A program made the position numbers and the translations under genes. This document shows, piece after piece, positions 1 through 9,618 of a DNA stretch of 64,000 bases. The stretch's first letter is position 1; each line of letters starts with the position of its first letter. The stretch covers positions 124,001-188,000 of the IMG/VR virus record IMGVR_UViG_3300017987_000001; one strand, given 5' to 3'. The notes under the pieces are model-generated. The model did not search any database. It worked only from the letters and a program-made list of their open reading frames with translations, and had not been told where the DNA came from.

Positions 1-897
1 CTGCGAGATGCGCGTCGAGTAGACCGTCGAGGTCTCGTCATCTCCACGATTGTCGCGCACGACATAGCGATCACGCTGGAGGCGCTCCTTCTCGTCCTCG
101 CTCAGCATCGTGTCATCGAGATCGAGCACGTTCGCACGATCGGCGATCATGATCTGGACGTCGGGAGCCGTGTCCTCGATCATCTTGTCGCCGTCAGCCG
201 CCTTCTTCTCCATGGGTTCGGCGACAAAGGCTTCCTTCGCTGCTTCGAGGATAGCATCCATGTCGTAGATGCTGAGCAGACTGTCGGTGAATGCCGCGTT
301 CTTGCGCATCGTAGCGAGCAGCACACGTGCAGCGCTCCAGCCAGCATCCTTGATGAAGCTTGGGAGATCCCACTTGTCGCGCAGCGCCGCGCGCTTCTCG
401 CCGCCCGGGGGGCTCATGATGACGTGCAGGAAGGGCTTGAAGTCGTCGGCTATCGTGGAGGACAGGTAGTCCGTCAAGCCACGCAGCGACTGATCGCTCG
501 CATACTTCGACCCGGTGTACGGGGGCCGAGCCATCGCGTTGAAGTCGGGCTGCTGGATACCCATCTCGCCCGGCGTCATCTCCTCGGTCTCGCCGAGAAT
601 ATGCGGACGACGGTTGAGGAGGTAGTTGATCCAGTTCTCCTGCAGCGGAACGAAGGCGTCCTGACTCTTCAGGTAGAGCAGGTCGTCGCCCTTCAGCTGA
701 CCGTTGAGGAAGAAGACGGGGGCGTACATCCACTCGTCCCCGACGCTGAAGCCCCACACACCGACGGCGTGCGTGTTGTCTTCGCTCTTATCGAGGAGCT
801 GGAAACCTACCAGATGGTCCAGCAGGCCGGGCGCGCGGTCACGAAGGCGAGCGTGCGCGAGGTCAGCGAATGTTCGTTCGAATTCTGCATCTGGCAT
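1..897 (-). CDS. Large hypothetical protein, probable virion component (partial, runs off left edge)
   Basis: Manual translation from ATG 897 (RBS AAGGGGA): MPDAEFERTFADLAHARLRDRAPGLLDHLVGFQLLD..., open to position 1. Several KxA motifs (SKYAS, EKRAA, EKKAA). Not in the supplied ORF track. Confidence 0.75.
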   Translation of the reverse strand, partial: MPDAEFERTFADLAHARLRDRAPGLLDHLVGFQLLDKSEDNTHAVGVWGFSVGDEWMYAPVFFLNGQLKGDDLLYLKSQDAFVPLQENWINYLLNRRPHILGETEEMTPGEMGIQQPDFNAMARPPYTGSKYASDQSLRGLTDYLSSTIADDFKPFLHVIMSPPGGEKRAALRDKWDLPSFIKDAGWSAARVLLATMRKNAAFTDSLLSIYDMDAILEAAKEAFVAEPMEKKAADGDKMIEDTAPDVQIMIADRANVLDLDDTMLSEDEKERLQRDRYVVRDNRGDDETSTVYSTRISQ

Positions 898-949
898 TTC
901 AGATCCCCTTCGGCCAGCTAGTAGAGCGCGTAGCTACCCGCCAGCGTCC

Positions 950-1447
950 TTACGTGTACATCATCGTGTCTGTCGGCGACTTCCGACCCGGAAGCTGCGG
1001 CATCGGCATCTTCGTCTTCCCGCGTGTGGCTTCAGCGATGACCGACTCAGGCGCTTCATCGTAGCCCTCGTCGGGGAACATCTCCTTGCCCTGAGTGACG
1101 TTGGTCATCATCTTGTCGCGCGCCTTGAGGCCGCGCATCAGCTTCGCCATCGTCGGCATGAACGACATCTCTTCGAGCGGCATCCCCATACGACGACCCT
1201 GCTCCAGCTCGTGCTGCGAGAAGGTCGGCCGCTGCTGCTGACGATAGAGCCACGGGCGCACAGTCTCCGGAGCCTTGGAGAACCACTGCTTCACGGCTTC
1301 TTCTTCAGTCATCTCCGGCTCGGCGGGCTGCTGCGGCTGAGCGGTCTGCTGCGCAGCCTGATCCTTCTTACCGCCCCCGAACAGGCTCGAAATCAGTCCG
1401 AGCAACCATGTGCCGAGGTCGAAGCTTTCCTTTACGAGCGGCTCCAT
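950..1447 (-). CDS. Hypothetical protein (165 aa)
   Basis: ORF track; tightly packed in the minus-strand gene run with RBS (AAGGAG). Confidence 0.7.
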   Translation of the reverse strand: MEPLVKESFDLGTWLLGLISSLFGGGKKDQAAQQTAQPQQPAEPEMTEEEAVKQWFSKAPETVRPWLYRQQQRPTFSQHELEQGRRMGMPLEEMSFMPTMAKLMRGLKARDKMMTNVTQGKEMFPDEGYDEAPESVIAEATRGKTKMPMPQLPGRKSPTDTMMYT

Positions 1448-1456
1448 GATCTCTCC

Positions 1457-2347
1457 TTACGAGCTGAACGCCCGACGGGCGTAATCCTCAAACTGGTTGC
1501 GCATCAGTCGTCGCTTATCCGCAACCATCATCGGCTCAAACTTCGACTGAATCTGCTCGGGCGACATGCCGGTCCATTTGCGCCAAAGTGGCGCTTCATA
1601 TGGCGGCGTCTGATCGTACTGCTGCGGCGGCATCATGAACGGCGGCGGTGGTGGCATCGGCCCGGCAGCCATCATCGGACCCGGGTAGCTTGCGAACTGT
1701 ATTCCCGGGCGCGGGCCGCGCGGCATCGACGGGGCCGGTCGACCCTTCGAGAACTCGGCGTAGCTGACCGGCGTGCGCTTCTTGACTTCTGCCTCACGCT
1801 CTTCGTCACGCTTCTTGCGCTCTTGCTCCTGCTGCATTCGCTGACGGAACATCAGCGTCTGCCACGGTGTACCCATCGACGCGAGATAGCGCTCAACCGT
1901 CGGTGTCACCCACGATGGTTTGGCGATCGGCTGGAAGTACGCTGGGTTAATACCGACATCTTTGAAGGTACTGACCAGCTCGGGTGGCAGCGACTTCATT
2001 GCTTCGATATCGCCGCCCGTGCCCACATCTGCAGAACCGCCACCACCGTATGCGGACTGGTAGGCACCATACGCTGCACCGGGAATAGCAGCGAGCAAGC
2101 CCCATGGGCCAAACGCACTAGCACCCATAAGACCTGTCGATAGGCCGGAGCCAAGCGCGGGCAGGATATGGTCGTACCATGCAGCGAGCTTCTCAAGCTT
2201 CGGGCCGGTCTTGCCCTTCGCCCTCAACGCCTTCGCCGCTTTGATGAAGCGGCCAACCTGCGCAGCGGTGTGAATGAACTCATCCTTGCGGCCGGACTTC
2301 TCAATGCCGACGCAGAGGCCAAGTTCATAGGCTTGTAGTCGGTTCAT
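1457..2347 (-). CDS. Putative internal virion protein with Gly/Ala-rich hydrophobic segment
   Basis: Start moved to MNRLQAYELG (ATG 2347, just after the upstream TGA). GLSTGLMGASAFGPWGLLAAIPGAAYG segment; Pro/Met-rich tail. Confidence 0.7.
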   Translation of the reverse strand: MNRLQAYELGLCVGIEKSGRKDEFIHTAAQVGRFIKAAKALRAKGKTGPKLEKLAAWYDHILPALGSGLSTGLMGASAFGPWGLLAAIPGAAYGAYQSAYGGGGSADVGTGGDIEAMKSLPPELVSTFKDVGINPAYFQPIAKPSWVTPTVERYLASMGTPWQTLMFRQRMQQEQERKKRDEEREAEVKKRTPVSYAEFSKGRPAPSMPRGPRPGIQFASYPGPMMAAGPMPPPPPFMMPPQQYDQTPPYEAPLWRKWTGMSPEQIQSKFEPMMVADKRRLMRNQFEDYARRAFSS

Positions 2348-2349
2348 TC

Positions 2350-3618
2350 TCAGCTCCAGCCGCCCGAGGCGAGCATGCGCTTGACGAGGTTCTCGCGACC
2401 CTGACGACCGGCGATGCGCGAGGCCATCAGCTCCATCGCGCGATCCCACATGTCACGCTCGCCCCAGTTCCCAAAGCCTGCGTCCTGCGCGAACTGATCA
2501 TATGCCGACTGCTGCTGCTCGGGCGTCATCTCACCCGCACCGCGCGGCGCGAACGGCATCATTCCCATCCATGGGTTGCCGCGATTCATAGCAGCCATGT
2601 AGCCCATGAACTGAGGGTTGTATCCCTGATACAGCGGGTTCCACGACATAGGCATGTAGCCGCCTCGGCCTCCGCCGCCACCTGCGCCGGGGAAGATCTC
2701 TTCGAGGCCGGAGAGAACATCGCGCGCCTCTTCGGGAACCTGCTGCTCGGTAGCATACTGGCGAAGGCGGTGTGCAGCGTACGGTCCGTACTTGCGACCG
2801 ATCGCCTTCTCGATGCTTGTCCACTGCTCAGCGGTGTACTCGTTCTGTGCCAGCTCGCGCAAGCGATCGTCGAACGCCTGCATCCGCTGCTGATACGTCA
2901 TCTTGCCTGTGTCGATTGGCTTAGCAGCAGCTGCGGCAGGAGTAGTGGGAGCGGGTTTCGCTACAGGCGCCGGTGCTGCGCGCGGAGTCGGTCGTGGGGT
3001 CGGCTTTCTCGGAGGAAGCGTAATCCCCTTCTCCTTAGCTATCGACTCGACCTGCGACCGACCGGTGGACGGGCCGGATCGCTGCGGTGGTGCCGGTATC
3101 TGTGCTGGTGGTGCCGGTGTCTGTGCCGGTGGTGCCGGTGTCTGCACCGATGACTGTGCCGGTGTCTGTGCCGGTGTCTGTGCCGGTGCAGCACTTTCTG
3201 CATCAGTTGCAAGTCCGGCCGCAGTTGCCTCTCCGCCCGGCTGTGACTTTGTGGGAGGCACGGGCTTATTAGCGGGTTGAGCTAGCGACTCCCGAAGAAC
3301 GTAGTTAGCGGGACGACGCGCATCGGGCTCTACAACCCGCATATTGCGATTCTGTGCTAGCGTTGCTTCGAACTCTTCCGGTGTCGTTGGCTGGGCAGGC
3401 GCATTGTTGAACGTAAACTCTACAGGCGCATACTTCTTATTGAACGCGGCCTGCGAGCGCGCCGAAGCTGCTCTATTGGCTTCAGCCATTCGTCGTCGAC
3501 GCTCTTCAGCTTCCTGCTGCTGCCGTCGTATATCAGACAACGTATCCGAAATGCCTAGGCCAGCCTTCTTATGTAGGCCAAGTCTGCGTCCGAGTTCGAA
3601 AGCCAACTTCTGATCCAT
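2350..3618 (-). CDS. Putative internal virion protein with Pro/Ala/Gln/Thr linker (422 aa)
   Basis: ORF track; N-terminus MDQKLAFELG...HKKAG; RBS TAGGAG. Confidence 0.7.
   Translation of the reverse strand: MDQKLAFELGRRLGLHKKAGLGISDTLSDIRRQQQEAEERRRRMAEANRAASARSQAAFNKKYAPVEFTFNNAPAQPTTPEEFEATLAQNRNMRVVEPDARRPANYVLRESLAQPANKPVPPTKSQPGGEATAAGLATDAESAAPAQTPAQTPAQSSVQTPAPPAQTPAPPAQIPAPPQRSGPSTGRSQVESIAKEKGITLPPRKPTPRPTPRAAPAPVAKPAPTTPAAAAAKPIDTGKMTYQQRMQAFDDRLRELAQNEYTAEQWTSIEKAIGRKYGPYAAHRLRQYATEQQVPEEARDVLSGLEEIFPGAGGGGGRGGYMPMSWNPLYQGYNPQFMGYMAAMNRGNPWMGMMPFAPRGAGEMTPEQQQSAYDQFAQDAGFGNWGERDMWDRAMELMASRIAGRQGRENLVKRMLASGGWS
3085..3190. repeat. Coding tandem repeats (12 bp and 21 bp units, TGCCGGTGTCTG core) encoding PAQT / PAPPAQT
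   Basis: Direct reading of the repeats; no spacers. Confidence 0.85.
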
Positions 3619-3627
3619 TTCGCGCTC

Positions 3628-5490
3628 CTAATACTTCGCCCCGGCCATCCCGTCGGGCTTAATCGGAGGCTTCCCGAACTCGGTCGTCTGCGCCAGCGAC
3701 GGAATGAACGATTCGCTGTGCTGCGCAGCTCCGAGGCCACGGTGCACCGATTGTAGCAGATTCTTTTTCAGATGGAAACCACCAAGTCGTACCATCCAAT
3801 CCTCGTTGTACCCCAGCGTCTCCATGGCGCGCACCATCTCCGGGGCGAACATCGGCTCGTCGGAGTGAGCCTTCACGGTCTTGAGTCCGCGCTTGTTGAT
3901 CTCAGCGGCAATGCGCGGCGTGATCTTCGTACCGATGGAGTACTGGAAGATCGGCTCCTCCAAGTACATGCCCACGGCACTCTTCGGTCGCATGGGCTTC
4001 GTACCCGTGCGCGGCTGATACTCGCGTGTGAGCGTGCTGAACTCTACCACATCATCGGGCAGCATGTCGGTGGTTCCGTCGGAGTCGACAATCCGTGCAT
4101 GGTTGATCAATCCGCGCGTCAGCAGCTCGATGTTCCGACGGTTCGCATCGATCTTGGTGGCCTTCAACGTGTTCCGGAAGTTGTTCATGAAGTGCCAGCG
4201 TCCGGCACCGATGCCCTTGTACTTCACAACCTCGGACGGGTTCGGCAAGCCTTCGCTCAATACGTCACCGGCCTCGATCTTGTCGCCGGGCACGACGGTC
4301 GGGTCGAACTCGGGCGCGACGTAGTGCTTCACGCCGCGCACGATAATGAAGTGACCGCCCTGCGGCGCTTTCTCGATGCCCTCGACAGTACCGTCGGTCT
4401 GCGCGATAGCCGCGCCGCCCATGAACGTACGTGGCACCTGAACGAGCTGGTTGATCGCATCGAAGCCGCCAGCGGTAGGACCAGCACCAACGACACCGCC
4501 GGTATGCTTCGAGGAGATAGCTGACTGCGTAATCGGCTCCGAGATAGCCTGTGCCGCTGCAACACCGACGTTGTCACCGATCTCGGGGAGCTTGCCCTTC
4601 TCGCGCACACCGACGCACCGGGCACACACACCATCGCGTGCCTGACACGTGAGCGGGCTGCGCACGATGATCTCTTTACCGTCACGCCCTATGCGCTTGG
4701 CTGCCTTCGTATCGATGATCGTATTCGCTTTGAAGCCCCCAGCGGGAGCTGCAAGGATCGAGCCAACGTTATCCGGGTCATCAGCGTCGACCGGGATGCC
4801 GTTGACCGTACCGCAATCATCCTCAGTGACGAGCAGCCGGTGAGATGCAAGCGCGAGCTGCTTGCCGAGAAAGCCGCCCTTCGGCGTGGCGAACTTGAGG
4901 TCGACCATGCCCTTTCGTGCCCCGTACGAGCCAGCCCAGTACTCGACTGGGTCCAGCCCCTCAGCGTACGAGTTGAGCAACGGGATCGGAACCGGGTTGC
5001 CTTTGTGGTCGGCCACGAGCAGGTCGCCGATGTTCGTCTGACTGAACTGAATCGGGTTGCCGCGTGCGCCGGAGTTGACCTGCATGGCGAGCGCGTTACG
5101 AAGGTCGAGCTGCTCTTGGAAGTTCAGTTTCCTAAGATCGTCGGCGCGCTTGCCGAGAAGTTTTATGACTCGCTCATTCTTTTGCTCATCGGTGAGCGGG
5201 GAGTTCAGAATCCTATTAACGCCACTACGTAGCTCGTCGCGAATCTTCTGTGCCTTCGGCCCTACAGTTAGAGAATCTAGGCTGATGGACGCCTCGCGGC
5301 CGTAGGTGGTAACCACCTCGGCCCCGAGGTCCATCATCTTCTTCGCGATCTCGTTGTACTGCTCCGGGTAGCGCTTCGCCACTTCGCGCAGGACCGTCTT
5401 GATCGTCTTCTTATTGATGGGACGATCGTAGTCCCGCATATCCGGCGGCAGGATGTCGTTGATCAGCAGTTGACCGACTGTAGTCTTCAC
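3628..5490 (-). CDS. rpoC: Multisubunit RNA polymerase beta' subunit, C-terminal half
   Basis: TTVGQ start, NSGARGN, bridge helix YGARKGMVD, EDDCGT, Zn site RSPLTC...CARC, trigger loop AAQAISEPITQ...KHTGG. Confidence 0.95.
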   Translation of the reverse strand: MKTTVGQLLINDILPPDMRDYDRPINKKTIKTVLREVAKRYPEQYNEIAKKMMDLGAEVVTTYGREASISLDSLTVGPKAQKIRDELRSGVNRILNSPLTDEQKNERVIKLLGKRADDLRKLNFQEQLDLRNALAMQVNSGARGNPIQFSQTNIGDLLVADHKGNPVPIPLLNSYAEGLDPVEYWAGSYGARKGMVDLKFATPKGGFLGKQLALASHRLLVTEDDCGTVNGIPVDADDPDNVGSILAAPAGGFKANTIIDTKAAKRIGRDGKEIIVRSPLTCQARDGVCARCVGVREKGKLPEIGDNVGVAAAQAISEPITQSAISSKHTGGVVGAGPTAGGFDAINQLVQVPRTFMGGAAIAQTDGTVEGIEKAPQGGHFIIVRGVKHYVAPEFDPTVVPGDKIEAGDVLSEGLPNPSEVVKYKGIGAGRWHFMNNFRNTLKATKIDANRRNIELLTRGLINHARIVDSDGTTDMLPDDVVEFSTLTREYQPRTGTKPMRPKSAVGMYLEEPIFQYSIGTKITPRIAAEINKRGLKTVKAHSDEPMFAPEMVRAMETLGYNEDWMVRLGGFHLKKNLLQSVHRGLGAAQHSESFIPSLAQTTEFGKPPIKPDGMAGAKY

Positions 5491-5494
5491 CGGC

Positions 5495-5884
5495 CTACCT
5501 CCAGTACGACTGCAGCGTAGCCTGCTGCTCCCAACGACGGAAGTCGAGCCACTCGGTCATCTCTCGCACGAAGGCCCGTACGATCTCCAGATCCTTGAAA
5601 ATGTAGTCCCCGCTGAGCAGGTTTTCAATGGCGAAGAGCTTGATTCCTATCTCGCTCTGGTCCGAGACGATACCGGTATCCCGCAGCTTGCGCACGAACC
5701 CAGCTATACGCTCATTGCGATTGCGCTTCGCATCATCCGGCAGCTCCTGCTCGCTCACCAGCGAGTTGATCGCCGACACAAGTGCGCGGTCATTCACTTC
5801 CTGCCGGTTACGAATGTTCGCCATCTTCCGCCGCTCTTCGATCGGAGGGATATCCATGAACGGTTCGTACTTGCGTGGCATCAC
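5495..5884 (-). CDS. Hypothetical protein (129 aa), shares a segment with the neighbouring gene
   Basis: ORF track; IFKDLEI motif shared with 5881-6642. Confidence 0.65.
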   Translation of the reverse strand: MMPRKYEPFMDIPPIEERRKMANIRNRQEVNDRALVSAINSLVSEQELPDDAKRNRNERIAGFVRKLRDTGIVSDQSEIGIKLFAIENLLSGDYIFKDLEIVRAFVREMTEWLDFRRWEQQATLQSYWR

Positions 5885-6642
5885 TCACCCCCGTCCACAG
5901 GCATGTTGAGGTAAGCGTTCCTGTACGCCTCAAGGTTGTCGCGCGTGACCGTGCCATAGCAGTTCCTCGACGGATCCAGTGTCTCCGTTACGCGCTCCAT
6001 GACCTTGTTGCACACGCGGCTGAGCATCCCCTTGCGTACGGTTGCCGGGATGAGGTTTCCGTTCTTGTCGGGTACGTCCATCTGCGGATTGCCGATCGTG
6101 AACTGCACCTGAATCTGCTCGATCGGCATGGCCGGAACGATCTCGACCTCCATCTCGATACGCCCTGTGTGCGCGTCAGTCTTCACCTTCTTGACGGTGT
6201 AGCCCGCCGGGTTGAACTTCTTGAGCTGCAACTCGTCGATGACAGTTCGAAGCTCGCGAAGGATCTCCAGATCCTTGAAGATGAGTCCTTCGCCCTCATA
6301 GAGACGCTCAACGACGAACTGGAACGCGCTGATCTGCACCTGCTCCTTGCCACCGTAGAGCTGAGCAAGCGTAACGATCAGCGAGATCGCGTCTGCGTGC
6401 GCCTCGTCGGGTGTCGTATACTCGTCTTCGAGAAGGCGATCGATTCCCTCACGCGCCTTTGCATACAACTCTACGTCTTGGAGCTGCGAAAGGGTCTCCT
6501 GCGCGCGTGAGCGCAACCGGTTCTCCATGTGCGTCACGAAACCAGCGCCCTGATTCACGCCAAGCCCCTTCGACACTTCCTTCTGAATGTCTATGAACAA
6601 CTGCTGCTTCAGCGACTGCATCGCGTCGAATGGCATTGCCAT
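5881..6642 (-). CDS. Hypothetical protein (253 aa)
   Basis: Start moved to MAMPFD (RBS GAGGAG); ATGA overlap with the downstream gene. Confidence 0.7.
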   Translation of the reverse strand: MAMPFDAMQSLKQQLFIDIQKEVSKGLGVNQGAGFVTHMENRLRSRAQETLSQLQDVELYAKAREGIDRLLEDEYTTPDEAHADAISLIVTLAQLYGGKEQVQISAFQFVVERLYEGEGLIFKDLEILRELRTVIDELQLKKFNPAGYTVKKVKTDAHTGRIEMEVEIVPAMPIEQIQVQFTIGNPQMDVPDKNGNLIPATVRKGMLSRVCNKVMERVTETLDPSRNCYGTVTRDNLEAYRNAYLNMPVDGGE

Positions 6643-6658
6643 CGCGACTCCTCTGCCG

Positions 6659-8152
6659 TTATACCGCTGGTGCCTTCTTCTTCGGAGGCTGCCCGGGCAA
6701 CGGCTCAGTCTTGGTTGGAGCAGGAGGCTGTTCGACATTGGCGCTCGCCGTAGCTGTATCACCCTGCGGCGCCTGCTCCGTCTCGGCTACCTGCGGCTTC
6801 TGCGGATCCTGCTGCTGTGTCGTTGGTTGAATCCAGTCAGTGCCTGCGGGCTGATTCACGCCCCACATATGCCCGCCCGGCGACTGGATCTGAATCGAAC
6901 CGCCTTCGGCCATCGTTCGGTTCGCCAAATCTTGGAAGCTGCGCTGGAACTTCTGCTCACGCTGCGCCACGGTCGAAGGCTGTGCAGGCTGTTGCGGCGG
7001 ACGCGCAACCGGCTGACGGCTGATTCCGCGCGTGCCCGCGCCCTGCCGCCCACGTCGAGAGCGCGGGGCGTAGCGTCCAGAGGTGAAGCCACTGTACGTA
7101 TGCCCTGCGGACTGACGCGGACCAACAAGCTCTTCATTCAGTCGACGCTGCTCGGTGGTTACATCGCGCGCGAAGTTGACGAGATCACCCATGCCGCCTT
7201 CGAGCTGGCTCGGGCCGCCCTCAGTCATGCGACGACTCGCTGCAGCGATCTGGCCGGGGCGGAAACGAATGCCTGCGCGAGCGAACAGCTGCTGCAGCGC
7301 ATCGCGGCGCTGGCCGTGCCGGTGCACCGCACGCACGGCCTCTTCACTGAAGCCTAGTCGCTTTGCTTCCTCATTCATGTGCTGAATGGTCTGCTCGCGC
7401 GTCGGAGGCTTCGGGCGAGTATCAGCGAACGGAGCGTCGGTCTTGGTGCGCTCCGTCGTAGTCGGCGCGGGATCACTGACCTGCACCGTCGAGCCCATCT
7501 CGCCGCCCTCGCCACCGCCGGAGAGCTTCTTGGCCTTCGCTTCGGCGGTAGCAACGTCGGTCGGCGCTTCGTCTGCCGCCGGTGTCGTCGTCGGCGGTGC
7601 TTCCGTAGAGTCAAGCGCGCCGTTGTACTGCGACTGGCCAGACTCCTCGTTCAATCGCTTCGCCTCTTCGAGCGAGGGTGCAACCTTGAACGTCTTTCCT
7701 GCCTCACTGGGCATACCATACGAATCGACGAAGCTCTGCGTAACCCAAACGATGTTCTCGGCGTGCGGGTTGATCGATTCGCCGCGCGCCATACGCCCCT
7801 GATTGAGTACTCCAAGGATCTGATCGATCGGAGCAGCTCCTTCTTCTTCAGCGGTCTTCTGGCGCTGCGCGAACCCGGCAGCGGCGTCGCTCTTCTCCTT
7901 GGCAAGCAGATTCTGTGGTGCCCACGAGCCACTCGTCGGTGCGCCATTCTCAGCGCGCTTGCACAGAAACTCACCGGCGGTCTTCACCTGCTGCTCGCGA
8001 TCGTTGAGAACCATCGACGCCACGATCTGCGCACCCGGTACTTCTGGCATAAGTAAGAGGTTGGCGAGCGAGAGCGCATCGTCGGTGTCGTAACCGGCGG
8101 ACTTGCAGAAGCGCAGCACGCCTGCGGTGAATGCCTGCTTACGTTCCATCAT
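6659..8152 (-). CDS. Putative internal virion protein, low complexity
   Basis: Start at MMERKQAF (RBS GGAGG); KQAF, KSAG, KTAG, KRAE motifs in the N-terminal region. Confidence 0.7.
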   Translation of the reverse strand: MMERKQAFTAGVLRFCKSAGYDTDDALSLANLLLMPEVPGAQIVASMVLNDREQQVKTAGEFLCKRAENGAPTSGSWAPQNLLAKEKSDAAAGFAQRQKTAEEEGAAPIDQILGVLNQGRMARGESINPHAENIVWVTQSFVDSYGMPSEAGKTFKVAPSLEEAKRLNEESGQSQYNGALDSTEAPPTTTPAADEAPTDVATAEAKAKKLSGGGEGGEMGSTVQVSDPAPTTTERTKTDAPFADTRPKPPTREQTIQHMNEEAKRLGFSEEAVRAVHRHGQRRDALQQLFARAGIRFRPGQIAAASRRMTEGGPSQLEGGMGDLVNFARDVTTEQRRLNEELVGPRQSAGHTYSGFTSGRYAPRSRRGRQGAGTRGISRQPVARPPQQPAQPSTVAQREQKFQRSFQDLANRTMAEGGSIQIQSPGGHMWGVNQPAGTDWIQPTTQQQDPQKPQVAETEQAPQGDTATASANVEQPPAPTKTEPLPGQPPKKKAPAV

Positions 8153-8369
8153 TGACGACCTCCGTCCGAGCCAGCTTGTCGACGCCATAGCGCTTGATGA
8201 CATCGTGGAACTTCTCATCGGAGCAGGTCGTGACGAGAACGTGGTCGGGGCTGACCTGCTCGATCGCAGCGATCGGCTGTCCGAAATTGTCGCGCACGAT
8301 CAGCCACGTCACGCTGCAGTCGAGCACGCGGCCATTGAGTACGCTGCCAATCTGGTAGGTCACCTGCAT
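8139..8369 (-). CDS. Small hypothetical protein (76 aa)
   Basis: ORF track; ATG directly follows the upstream TAG. Confidence 0.65.
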   Translation of the reverse strand: MQVTYQIGSVLNGRVLDCSVTWLIVRDNFGQPIAAIEQVSPDHVLVTTCSDEKFHDVIKRYGVDKLARTEVVNDGT

Positions 8370-8630
8370 CTACTCGTCCTCTTCGCTCTCACCGTTCGCT
8401 TCCTGCTCTGCCCTGAACGCTGCTTCCTGCCGATGCACATAGTCGGCGCACTTGATCTCGTAGGCGATAAGGTTCGCCGCACCCCGCATCATGGACGGAG
8501 TAGCGAGGAACTCCGTAGCAATCTCGCGAACCTTACTCACGAGGCTCGCGAAGCGTTCGTCCTTCTGCTCCCTCGCCTTCAGGTATCGAAGCGTCTTCGT
8601 CTGCTTCTCCGGTTCGTGGATTGGTCTCAT
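8370..8630 (-). CDS. Small hypothetical protein (86 aa)
   Basis: ORF track; ATG directly follows the upstream TAG. Confidence 0.65.
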   Translation of the reverse strand: MRPIHEPEKQTKTLRYLKAREQKDERFASLVSKVREIATEFLATPSMMRGAANLIAYEIKCADYVHRQEAAFRAEQEANGESEEDE

Positions 8631-9353
8631 CTACTTGCTCCGAAGGCCCGCGATGATGTCACCGATCTTCTTCGCCGACTTCACCTGCCCGAGTACGTCG
8701 CTCGCCGATGCGATCATCGGGTTCGGCATCTCCGGCAGCGGTTCGGTCGGGGAGAACGGAGGAGCGCCTGCGCCCATCTCCGGCATCATCGCAGCTACCT
8801 CGGGCGGGATCTCGGGGGCCGCGCCAACATCGCCCGGCGCAGCGGGACCGGCGCCCGGACCACCGCCGCCAATCGCCTCTTCAATGGCATCGAGACGCTG
8901 GGAGATCTTGTCGAGCGCCTTCGTCACGTCGGGAGAAGGCTCATTCGGAGCGCCCTCGCCACCGCCGCCCGCGCCACCCATCTCCGTCGCCACCTGCTGG
9001 AACAGCATGACGAGATCTTCGAGCGTCACGGTGATCGGCGTGCCGCCCTGCGCCATGGCCGGATCGGCTGGTGCGCCACCCGCCATCGCCGGATCCATCG
9101 GAGCACCCTGCGCCATCGCCGGGTCCATTGGTGCGCCGCCCGCCATAGCGGGATCCATGGGCGGAGCGCCACCCGCCATCGCCGGGTCCATCGGAGCACC
9201 CTGTGCGGGCGGAGCGCCACCCGCCATCGCCGGGTCCATCGGAGCACCCTGTGCGGGCGGAGCGCCCTGCGGAGGCGGCGCGAATGCATCCTTCTGTGTC
9301 ATGCTGGCAAGCGCTGCGAGCGCTTCCTTCGCCATGTTCGCATCGAAGTCCAT
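8631..9353 (-). CDS. Acidic Pro/Gly/Ala/Met-rich repeat protein (scaffold-like or internal virion protein)
   Basis: Start at MDFDANM (RBS AAAGGA); repeated GAPMDPAMAG units follow a KDAF motif. Confidence 0.7.
   Translation of the reverse strand: MDFDANMAKEALAALASMTQKDAFAPPPQGAPPAQGAPMDPAMAGGAPPAQGAPMDPAMAGGAPPMDPAMAGGAPMDPAMAQGAPMDPAMAGGAPADPAMAQGGTPITVTLEDLVMLFQQVATEMGGAGGGGEGAPNEPSPDVTKALDKISQRLDAIEEAIGGGGPGAGPAAPGDVGAAPEIPPEVAAMMPEMGAGAPPFSPTEPLPEMPNPMIASASDVLGQVKSAKKIGDIIAGLRSK
9049..9274. repeat. Coding tandem repeats (about 30 bp and 48 bp units) encoding GAPMDPAMAG
   Basis: Direct reading of the repeats. Confidence 0.85.
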
Positions 9354-9366
9354 GTCATGCGTCCTT

Positions 9367-9618
9367 TCATCCACCAACGCTTTGCCGTGCGTTGCGCCGT
9401 GCATCTACAACGCGCGCCCTCGATTTGCTCATCGCAGAAAGAAGCATTTCGATGAACCGTTGTTCTTCGCGCGTGTACTCGTTCGGAGCCTCGTCCGAAC
9501 CATTTGCCGCGAGATCACTTCGGGCGGTCAACGAGCTGAAGGGCACCGTCGGGTACGTCTTCAGCTGCGCCATCTTGCGCAATTGTTGAACGCGTCCAAA
9601 AATCTCGCGAAGCTTCAT
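9367..9618 (-). CDS. Small hypothetical protein (83 aa)
   Basis: Start at MKLREIF; TGATG overlap with the upstream stop. Confidence 0.6.
   Translation of the reverse strand: MKLREIFGRVQQLRKMAQLKTYPTVPFSSLTARSDLAANGSDEAPNEYTREEQRFIEMLLSAMSKSRARVVDARRNARQSVGG
9582..9603. promoter_or_regulatory. 22 bp palindrome copy 1 (ATTGTTGAACGCGTCCAAAAAT)
   Basis: Matches the consensus ATTGTTGGACGCGTCCAACAAT, seen 7 times in the window. Confidence 0.7.

Noticed and set aside
3085-9274. CRISPR-like arrays at 3085-3190 and 9049-9274
   Set aside because: The repeats are contiguous, have unit lengths in multiples of three, are coding, and lack unique spacers. No cas genes were seen.
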